From: Octopus sinensis
Taxonomy: Eukaryota
NCBI RefSeq assembly: GCF_006345805.1
Contig: NW_021831752.1
Location: forward strand, 186,001 to 250,000
DNA: 64,000 nucleotides
Direction: 5' to 3'
Under the pieces are notes generated by a model. It did no database searches. It saw only the letters and a program-made list of their open reading frames with translations, and was not told the DNA's origin. Shown here one piece after another: positions 25,741 to 36,492 of this stretch. The translations under genes were made by a program, and so were the position numbers. The first letter of the stretch is position 1; each line of letters starts with the position of its first letter.

Positions 25741-25966
25741 GTAAGGTTCAATAAGAATTTACAAAATGCCTTTTCTCGCATTTTATATTACACAAAGAGA
25801 GTGGACAATATACCGCATCATTTTCAAGAATCATAAATTCTTTAGAACAATCTAATATCATTAGCTTCTATTTTAAAACAAAAATCTGTGATAACAACGT
25901 GAATTATAACACATTGGTTTTATTTTAAATAAAATAATTTAAATACGTTGTCTTGTTGTCACCCCT

Positions 25967-28376
25967 ATGGATCAAATACCTTTAAAGGAACCCAATGACC
26001 TCGAAGACGGAGAAGTATGTGAGGACGAAAACGTAAGTCTCACACCAAAACCCCTTAGTTATCCCACCATTCCTTGGAAGCCAAATCATCAAATGACAGT
26101 TCTTCTGACAGTGAAGACGAGGACCTAAAAACTACCACAAATAAAAAGTCCCCTTAACCTTATATCCCAGAAAACGAGTCCCACTATCACTAGAAGAACT
26201 CATCGACAAAAGAAAGGCCGAAGAGGAAGCCAAAAATCGAGTTTATTAACCCCAATCTTACCCACCAGCCAAAATTCATGTCAAAAGAAGAAAGAGCAAG
26301 AGAAGCCCTAAAAAGAAGAGCCCAAGAAGTGGACAACCAACGTCAAGGATTCGAGGAACTCTCAAAAAGAAGGAAAGACTTTCTAGCCGACGCCAAATAC
26401 GGAATAGACCGAACAAAGTACAACTTTCTATCCATTTTGTAGAGTGGTTGAACAGAAAATAGACAGTGCAGTCGATCAGGGAGAAATTGAGGCAATTCGA
26501 GTTGTTTTTTGTCCTCAAAATCAAGGAAAGGTACCTCGGAAGACGTCAAAAACAAACCTCAATCCGAAAATCGGGGGATAAAAAATTTTATTTCGAATGG
26601 GACAACAGTGAAGACACCTCGAAGGACCACAATCCAATCTACAAGGACATACATCCAATCCATTTCTTAGGAAGGGGAACTTTGGCCGGAATTGACCCCA
26701 AAGTGATTTTCCGTGTTTTTATTTCAGACCCAAAAAACCCAAACGTCCAAATTCTATAACGATTTGGTGGCCAAACGGCGGACAAATGTGGAACTTGATC
26801 AGGAAAGAAAACGTGTAAAGAAGCAGGAAGAACGAGAGAAACGAGCTACATGGGACGAGAGGCATTGGAGTGAGAAGAAGCTGACTGAAATGACTGCACG
26901 TGACTGGAGGATCCTCAAGGAAGACTTCAACATTGTCACCAAAGGAGGACGAATTCCCCACCCTCTGCGGAATTGGGAGGAGGCTGATTTTCCGTCGGCG
27001 ATTAGAAATATAATCAGTGATTTGGGCTATAAGGCCCCCACGGCAATTCAGAGACAGACGATTCCAATTGGGGTGGACAATCGAGACGTTATTGGCATTG
27101 CGGAGACGGGAAGTGGAAAGACATTGGCATTTTTAGTGCCTTTGCTTATTTGGCTGGACTTTCTGCCCCGTCTTGACCGGTTTTGTTGTATTTGTATATT
27201 TGAAGGGAATCTGATAACGAGAAGGGGCCATATGCTCTAATTCTGGCCCCGACGAGAGAATTGGCCCAGCAAATAGAAGAAGAGACATTGAGATTTGGGA
27301 CTCCATTGGGAATAAAAGTGGTGTCCCTCATTGGAGGGCTCAGTCGTGACTCGCAGGGAGTCCAGCTTAGGAAGGGCTGTGAAGTAGTCATTGCCACGCC
27401 CGGGCGAATGCTGGATGTTTTGAAGAGTCGTTATTTGGTGTTGGAGAGATGTACGTACATTGTGATGGACGAGGCTGACCGGATGATAGACATGGGGTTT
27501 GAGCCGGATGTGACTGAGATTTTGAATTGTATGCCAAAGAACAACTTGAAGCCGGAAGGGGAGTGTCTGGACACAACTGGACGCTTCTCGTTTCACAATA
27601 AAAACAAATATAGACAGGTTTGGTGTTGTGATATTCCAGACTTCCATGTTTACTGCCACAATGTCCCCGGCCATTGAGAGGATAGCACAGAAATATCTCC
27701 GACAGCCGGCGGTGGTGTATATTGGGAGTATTGGGAAGCCAACGGAACGAGTGGAACAGATTGTGTTTATGCTGAGTGAGAAGAAGAAACAGTATTGGTT
27801 GTGTACATTCCGAGGGATAAACTGCTGTATATTTTACGAACTGATTTTGTCGCCCCGATCATTATTTTTGTCAACCAAAAGAAGGGTGCTGACATTCTCT
27901 GCAAGGGACTTGAAAAAATGGGGGTTTGTCTGGTTGAGTATTGGCAAGTATAGTGCCATCACTCTCCACGGAGGCAAAGGGCAGGAACAGAGAGATCACG
28001 CACTCAATTGCATCAAGGCGGGGAATAAGGAGATCCTTGTGGCGACGGATGTGGCCGGCCGAGGAATCGACGTGAAGGATGTCTCCATGGTCATTAACTA
28101 TGACATGGCCAAGTCCATAGAAGGCAGAACGTGGTTATGTTATGTATAGACTACATCCACCGCATTGGAAGGACTGGAAGGGCCGGCAAATCAGGAAAGG
28201 CAGTCACATTTCTTACGCAGGAGGATAATGAAGTTTTCTACGATCTCAAAGAATTGATTTTGGAGAGCAAAGTGTCGACCTGTCCTCTCGAATTGTTGAA
28301 CCACCCGGACGCCCAAGTCAAGCCGGGCACATTTGTCCAGAAACGTCGTCGTGATGAAAAGCTTTACATTGCATAA
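25967..28376 (+). CDS. DDX23: U5 snRNP DEAD-box helicase Prp28/DDX23
   Basis: [71 protein letters not shown]. Confidence 0.96.
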
Positions 28377-28465
28377 TCATTTTTGTGCCAACAATGTTGT
28401 TCGAGTAACTTATATGCACAACAAGTATTAAGGAACAGAAAAACGAATCAGAAACATGTCATAAA

Positions 28466-29447
28466 TTACCATCCAAAACTACGTGTGACGCAATCCTTAA
28501 AAAAACGGTTCCAAAAATTATCCACTGCATCATAAAAATCGACAGGAATTCCAATTTGTCTAATATTGAGTTGAGAATAAGATCGGTTATCCACCACAGC
28601 CAAATAAGCAGTGGAGAAGTAGTCATTCGGCCACTTTCCACCTCTCCAGTCAATCTCCATTTTATCCCCATCCGTCCCGTCCTTTACAACCCACGTCACA
28701 CTTTTATCAAACAAATGAATTCTCTTCCCCTCAAATACGACACTACCTCCAGTAAGAATATTCAGCATCTTAAAACTACTCTTTGCTTAAGAAACCTCGT
28801 TCTCAGTAAAAAGACGAAACAAGTCGTGGGGAGAACACCGAAAGTCCAAACTACCCTCAAATACCTCAGTTTCCCCCACAGACGACATTTTCGCTGCTTC
28901 GACCAGTCGTTTTCCATCTTTTTCAACCAGAAAGTCTAAAATACAGCATAAATAATTCACAATAAACCTGATTGGAATTTGGACTCATATTCTATCAATT
29001 TATCAGTTATCATTGTGGACATTTTGCCTTTGGAAAGTTCATCCAACACCGGCTGGCAATTAGGGGAATAACACGTCGGTTTAAGCTGGCTAAATCAACA
29101 AAATAAATTACTTTAATATTCTTTATATCTTGATCTTGAGAGAAATTTGTAATTCTTAAAGTTCCACTGAACTCGTTTTTGTTGATCACGGCTGGAAATA
29201 GTCAGATTTGGCCAAACCTGTCCAGGATAGAGTGATATCCAAGTCGTAGTAGTAGCGTGTGACTCCCTTGTGGTGGTTGACAAATGCTTCACCTTGCATT
29301 TCATCACAAGAAGTGATTGTGCATTTTACTGACGGTGATTAGACATTGAATATTACGGGATTCGCTTTCATAGCTGAGGCCAGATAAATTTTTTTGAAGG
29401 TATGTTTTTGACCAATAAATTCCATCTTTCTCTACCCAAGCAGACAT
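28466..29447 (-). CDS. AHSA1: Hsp90 co-chaperone Aha1 (N domain + SRPBCC C domain)
   Basis: WVEKD...WSK, QGEAFVNNHKG, F.CSP.DLF.LFT, W...KWP, GIP..FW..FF...FG; start codon uncertain. Confidence 0.85.
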
Positions 29448-31861
29448 GCAACGTGCAAGTTTAGAAGATTCTAGAAAAATTTTATTTATTAATGAACGAA
29501 TACTAACCTTTTTAACAACAAATATTATATTAATAAAATATAATTCTAAAAAGTTGATTTAAGCAGCTAAGGACCACACAAAATCAAGATATTTATGAAA
29601 GATGATTGGTTCGAGAAACAAAGGTTTGGACATCACAAGAGAACGTGGAGTTCTGATATTTATGATCCCAATTATCCAATTTAAGAAACTCAATCAATTT
29701 AAAAACCGATTCAGAATAAAATCTCTGATTTTTCAAATATTTTTCAATTCCTACTGAATAATTCAAAGTTATGAATTAAATAATAAATTAAAGTAAGCAG
29801 TATACATCGGATGTTACTTTAATACCGCTGCAAAGATCAAATGAACCTTTATTTGGATACGGTGTTAGTTTATGCATTTAGTTCTGGAGGCATTTTACTG
29901 CTTATTAGTGTACTCTTTTTATCAGACATTTTCATATTTTCTCCATTCTCACCAAAACCTGCCGAGTGCATCTTTCGCCTGTCAAAACGATTCCTTTATA
30001 AAATTAGTCTATACCTTTCCAAATTCAATATGGGATTTCCAAGTTCAAAGTGGAATTTTCTAAATTAAATATGGGATTTTCAAGTCAATTATTAAAACTA
30101 CTGGACTTAGATAAACTTCATATGCTTTTTTAAAGCATGCTTTAATCCAATCATACGCAGTTTGTTTATTAAAGGATCCTCTTCGTATTTCAAAGTGTAT
30201 TACCCCTTTTGTACCGATGCAACCGATAACATGAATGTTAGCTCCTTTAGATGAAGCTGCACGTTTATTACAACGATGCCCCTTTTTCGACCTCCCTTGT
30301 TTTCTTGCTATGTGTAAATTAAAGTTGGATTTGTCTATAAAAAGAATCGGAATTTCCATTGCTTGATAACCAAGCAGCTTTTCACAAAATCTTTTGCGCT
30401 ACTCTTTGTTCTGCATTGAGTTGCTTTTTTCGGTATGCGGAAAGAAAGTCAAGCGGAAAAAACGTCAAGTGGAAAAAAAGTCAAGTCCGTAAGCGGAAAA
30501 AAAGTCAAGTGGAAAAAAAGTCAAGTCGTCTTTGTTTACTTTATATTGTATCTTTTTCGCAATAATAGCAACTTTTAATTTTTAACAATTTTTTTCAATA
30601 CTTGACTTTTTTTCCGCTTTACTTTTTTCCATTTTTGAAATTATTCCCTTATAAATTTTCGAAATTTAGCGCAAAACGGAAAAAAAGTCAAGTTCGTTAA
30701 CGAAATTACGGACTGTAATTTCATTTAAATGTTCTGCCACAGCTAAGCAACACGTTGTGAAAATAAATTTTAAAAGCTTGGTTCAGAATATCGGTTTTTT
30801 AAAACTGATATCACTTGCAATTGTATGCGCAAACTTTTTTTCGTTCGCGTTAGCTTCTCGCCTGCCGAAATAGTTCGCTTCCTTTGTTTTATCTATTCTG
30901 TTTCATTTCTTCCGGAAAATAAATCACATAAATTTTACAAAAATTCTTAGAGTAGTCCAGATTTTCTTTATTTTTAAAAATTTTTAAATATTTAAAAAAG
31001 ATTTTTATTAAACGTGATGAAAGGATTATTTAATTCGAATCAAAAGAATATTTAATATTCCATGCAATTGCTTGTAGGGTTTCTCCTATTGTCTTTTTTC
31101 TGTGTTTGGCGATCCAGACATATTTAGCAGCCTTTGTTGTCGATCGAGTGTACTCTTGTTTTTTCTTGTCGTAATTTTTCTTCCGATGGAATCCTGGTCA
31201 ATAATTGTTTTCGTCATTTTTTCTTCTTTTTGAAAAGAAGATATAATATTCCATATCGATGGATGACGATATCCCGTCAAATTGTATAATTTATTGTTCC
31301 ATCCTTCACAATAGTTGTTTGTTCTTTGATCATTATTGAGCGTGGCTTCATACACATTCCATAAAATTGGAGGGAACAATGGAGAAATGTGCTGTATTCT
31401 AACAGATAAAGGGTTTTCTTGTTTATTTAAGCAACGATAATAACCACGAACATATGTTCGATCAAAATAATCTACTATATATTTTGAATCTGGAACATCT
31501 TTTGGTATATTATCTATTAGGAATCTATTCCTTCTTCCAGATCTTGAATGGGCAAAAACGCAAGAGCGTCTATCATAGCGCAAAAAATGTTGAAGTTAAT
31601 ATTTTCTTTATATTCTTTTACTAATGCAATTCTTGAATTTTTCTCCAGGTTGACTGCCTTAGATGATAAAACATCCTCTAATATGTATTCGTCTCCCAAA
31701 TACTGCAAGGACAGCTCGAAATACCGAATCTTCAAAGTCTGCCATAATAGTTTCAAGACAAAATTCCAAATTCAAATTATGAATTGCATTTTGAATAGTC
31801 TCAAAAAATTCTTCGTAAATCTTTCTTGATTTAGAAGGTAATCTTAATAATAAAATGGTAT

Positions 31862-31920
31862 GGTGTGTGTCTGTCTGTCTGTCTGTCTGTGTGTCTGTCT
31901 GTCTGTCTGTCTGTGTGTGC
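31862..31920. repeat. (GTCT)n/(GT)n microsatellite near the Helitron 5' end
   Basis: Directly visible. Confidence 0.95.
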
Positions 31921-31941
31921 ACACCAACTTCAAATTGGCAA

Positions 31942-33220
31942 TACGATGTCCTCGACTTACATGATGAGGTCCTTAAAACCTTCCCCCCAAAAAAATAAAA
32001 AAAAAATTTTCTGCATTTTGGTTAAAATGAACAACTACAATGTCCTCGACTTACATGATGAAGTCCTTAAAACCTTCCCCCCAAAAAAAATTAAAAAAAA
32101 ATTTTCTGCATTTTGGTTAAAATGAACAACTACAATGTCCTCGACTTACATGATGAAGTCCTTAAAACCTTCCCCCCAAAAAAATTAAAAAAAAATTTTC
32201 TGCATTTTGGTTAAAATGAACAACTACAATGTCCTCGACTTACATGATGAAGTCCTTAAAACCTTCCCCCCAAAAAAATTAAAAAAAAATTTTCTGCATT
32301 TTGGTTAAAATGAACAACTACAATGTCCTCGACTTACATGATGAAGTCCTTAAAACCTTCCCTCCCAAAAAAAATTAAAAAAAAATTTTCTGCATTTTGG
32401 TTAAAATGAACAACTACAATGTCCTCGACTTACATGATGAAGTCCTTAAAACCTTCCCTCCAAAAAAAAATTAAAAAAAAAATTCTGCATTTTGGTTAAA
32501 ATGAACAACTACAATGTCCTCGACTTACATGATGAAGTCCTTAAAACCTTCCCTCCCAAAAAAAATTAAAAAAAAATTTTCTGCATTTTGGTTAAAATGA
32601 ACAACTACAATGTCCTCGACTTACATGATGAAGTCCTTAAAACCTCCCTCCCAAAAAAAATTAAAAAAAATTTTCTGCATTTTGGTTAAAATGAACAACT
32701 ACAATGTCCTCGACTTACATGATGAAGTCCTTAAAACCTTCCCTCCCAAAAAAATAAAAAAAAAATTTTCTGCATTTTGGTTAAAATGAACAACTACAAT
32801 GTCCTCGACTTACATGATGAAGTCCTTAAAACCTTCCCTCCCAAAAAAAATTAAAAAAAAATTTTCTGCATTTTGGTTAAAATGAACAACTACATGTCCT
32901 CGACTTACATGATGAAGTCCTTAAAACCTTCCCTCCCAAAAAAAATTAAAAAAAAATTTTCTGCATTTTGGTTAAAATGAACAACTACAATGTCCTCGAC
33001 TTACATGATGAAGTCCTTAAAACCTTCCCTCCCAAAAAAAATTAAAAAAAATTTTCTGCATTTTGGTTAAAATGAACAACTACAATGTCCTCGACTTACA
33101 TGATGAAGTCCTTAAAACCTTCCCCCCAAAAAATCAAAAAATTATTTTCTGCATTTTGATTAAAATGAACAACGCGAATGTCCTCGACATTCATGATGAG
33201 GTCCATTAAAACCTTCAAGG
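31942..33220. repeat. Tandem array of ~95-bp units, ~13.5 copies, inside the Helitron
   Basis: 14 occurrences of gtcctcgac spaced 93-96 bp; variation is mostly in homopolymer runs. Confidence 0.97.
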
Positions 33221-33424
33221 CAAAAATCTCACGTATTAAGAATATCCTTGATGAAAACGACAGCGAGAATATTAACAATGATGAACTCCCAATTATTCGC
33301 GATAAAGAAATTCAATTCATCCTATGTTTTTCTCTTTAAAATTAATGCATATATCATTATCGACCATGAATCAAATTAAAGCTATTATCATATTTGACTT
33401 TGACAGAATGTGCAATCACAGATT

Positions 33425-33625
33425 GCACGACTTTGAATAGAGTGTGCAATTAACAGATTTTGAAAAACCACTTTGATAGTTGAAACCACATTAGCACAAT
33501 CATTAACACAATTTACCACCAATGACGCACGACCTTGAATAGAGTGTGCAATTAACAGATTTTGAAAAACACTTTGATAGTTGAAACCACATTAGCACAA
33601 CCATTAACACAATTTACCACCAATT
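33425..33625. repeat. ~100-bp direct duplication inside the Helitron
   Basis: gcacgac.ttgaatagagtgtgcaattaacag...ttaccaccaat occurs twice in tandem. Confidence 0.9.
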
Positions 33626-35015
33626 GACAGCGCAATCAGAAGAATTTGCGTAAAAATATTAACTATTTACTTGAGTTTTTCGTAAAGATAGAATTTATTT
33701 TCGGTATGCCTCTTTTCCTAAACTTTTTTATTATTCAAAAATAATTTTTTAAATAGATAACCGAAGGAGGAAAAACGAAGCTGAAGAAAAAACGGTCAGC
33801 TTAATAAGGTAATTAATTAAATCTTTTTTGTGTGTCGCTTTCTTGCCTGCCGCATCTCCCCCTGCCCCATTTCCGCCAGTAAAAAACAAAAAAATAAAAA
33901 AAGAAAAAAAAGGAAATTACAAAGGAAAAATGAAAAAAAAAATTAAATAAAAAATAGACCACAAAAAATGAAAAAAAAAGTTTGCAATGACAATAAACAA
34001 GGCCCAGGGACAGTCATTAAAGGTAGTTGGGTTATTTTTAGAGAGTGAGTGCTTTTCACATGGACAGCTGTATGTGGGATGCTCGAGGGTAGGCAGAAGA
34101 GAAAATTTATTCATATATGCCAAGGAAGGACGGACGACAAACATCGTTTATCAACAGGCGATAGAATAGGGTTACATTAAACCAGGTAGTTTTATACATC
34201 TACATAAACTTATAGTTGTTTGATGAAACAGGCCCTCCGCAGGAGCTAGGTCGCGGTGAGCGAAGCGAGCTGCCGAGCTAGTATTCCATAAATAACTGTA
34301 ATTGGACTGGAATTGAACTCAATTCTGATAAAATATATTGCTTGAATATGCATGGTGCCATAGAGAAATTTCCATCCATATACCATACTTTGGAATTTGC
34401 CAATAACGTTAAATTAGTATTGGTGCTGAATATTAAAAGTCTATCGTTTCTTCTTTGATTATCATAAATTAAAAAGTTTTCTGAATCCGGACCAAGAGTT
34501 GAAGTTAAAAATGATGGAATATCTTCTAGATCTAGAATATTTTTTGGAATATGTAGAGACAAGCGTTGATTTCTTATTGTTCGCTTGAAAGAATCTGCAG
34601 AAGGGAGAATAATTCTGGATGATGTATCACATTGAGAAACAACATTTGAATAGATTTGTAAGGGATTCTCTTGGCTCTTTTTTGCAAAAGTTTTGCCTTG
34701 TTGCACAACTTCGTCAGTTTTATTTGAGTTTCGTCTAATTCGTGATTGTGAGAGGTTCCTTCTTTAGGAAACTCAAAGTTATGATCTGTTCTTAAGCTTC
34801 CTCTGCATCCTTGCGAAGACTTTTTAACACAATTAAAAATTATATAATTTTTTGTTGTCGAGTGCCTTGTATACATATAACCTTTGAAACAAATTTTTTT
34901 TCCTCCTTTGTTAGATGATATTATCTCCATTTTGTCACTTATTTTTGCGGCATCCATAATATTTAAGATACAATATGCATAATATTTAAGATCAAGGCGT
35001 AAGATTAAGCAAATA

Positions 35016-36492
35016 CACCCCTCGACAAAAAATTGGTTATTTAATCTTTCCTGCTTTTTTTCATTTAAAAACGAATAAATTCATACTTTAAGATCCTTTA
35101 GATCTTCTAAAATAATATTTATTTTGTATTTATAATTAAAATAGATTTAATTTTAATATTGCAAGAAATTTAAAGCATGTCGGCAATTAGGTTAGTGACA
35201 TAAAAATTGGTTATAAAATTTTAACCGTCAAATTATGCTAGTATTTAGAGATTGATCTTAATAAAAAAATATTTTTAGATATAATACTCTCGATTCGTTT
35301 ATGAAAGGGAAAATAATTGCGCTATACGACCTTAAATATGTCATATATAAAATTTCTAAAGAAACCGGTGTTTCATATTCAACAGTCGTAAATTTTATCA
35401 AGAAATACAATAAAACTGGATCATATGACCGCCAACATGGTTCTGGAAGACTATCAATTTTGAATAATGTGCAAATTAATCATTTGGTACGCACATCAGA
35501 GGAAAATTCATCTTTAACTGCTTCTGAACTCTCTAATGAAATATAAAAGTTTTCTGGAACACGTGTCTCGTCTCGAACCATAATACGAAATTTAAATAAA
35601 AATGGAATTTTCGGAAGAATTGCAAAGAAAAAACCACTTCTAACAAAAAAACACATGGTTTCCAGATTCAAAAAATTCTTTAAATTTTAGACCATTATTT
35701 GGATCAATAATCTTTCCTGATGAATGTATTTTTTAATTATTAACGACCCAAAAAAGAAAAATTGTGTATAGAAAAAATTTAAAATAAATAAATCCTAAAA
35801 TATTACTCCAACTGTCAAATTTGAAAAGGTAAATTGTGATGTAATAAAAAATTAGGGAAAATCATGGTGTGGGGTTGTTTTTTCTATCATGGGGTAGGCG
35901 ATTTGGTATTTATAGACAAGACGCTTAATGCTGCAAAATATCAATCTATTTTGACAAATAATTTGCCATATTCTGCACAAAAAATGAAGATTGTTGACTA
36001 TATTTTTCACCCCAGCCATCCCATCAAAATGATTATTCATATTTTTGCGAAAAACATATTAAAAAATTAGAATGGCCTTCGCAATCTCCGGATTTAAATC
36101 CGATAAAGCATTTGTGGGCTTATATGAAGGTTCAAATTAGGCAAAGAAAAAATGAGAACATTCAGGCACTGAAGGAAAATCTATTAGATATTTGGAATTC
36201 TATTCCATCAAAAACACTTGAAAAATTAGTTGAGAGTCAATGAAAAAAGGTGTTGGAAGATCTATTCGGCAAAAGGAGGTTATTCTACATATTAATCTCA
36301 CAATAACCAAATTTTATGCCAATGAAAGTCGTTGTTTTTCCAAATTTCTTAGACAAAATTTCAAAATTTAAATAATTAAATTAATTTTTATCAATTTTAT
36401 CAGATTTTAAAATATATCTGAAGAAAAAATTAAATCATCTTTGTATGAATGAAGTAAGTTGAAGATTCACCAATATTTATTGTCGAGGGGTG
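35016..36492 (+). mobile_element. Tc1 transposon, full-length but decayed
   Basis: TIR CACCCCTCGACAA...TGGT at both ends; TA TSD; HTH, DECIF, VWGCF..GVG.LV.I, WPSQSPDLNPI. Confidence 0.92.

Larger units (their letters stand above)
31842..34281 (+). mobile_element. Non-autonomous Helitron
   Basis: 5' TC, 3' hairpin + CTAG, inserted between A and T without TSD. Removal restores MULE codons YGI|LPSKSRK. Carries the Pif1-helicase tail AMTINKAQGQS...FSHGQLYVGCSRV. Confidence 0.92.

Noticed and set aside
31955-32030. C/D-box snoRNA cluster (ATGATGA in each unit)
   Set aside because: No CTGA D box (CTGCA instead) and no terminal stem.
31942-33220. CRISPR-like array
   Set aside because: Units are wholly repeated with no unique spacers, there are no cas genes, and the context is a eukaryotic Helitron.
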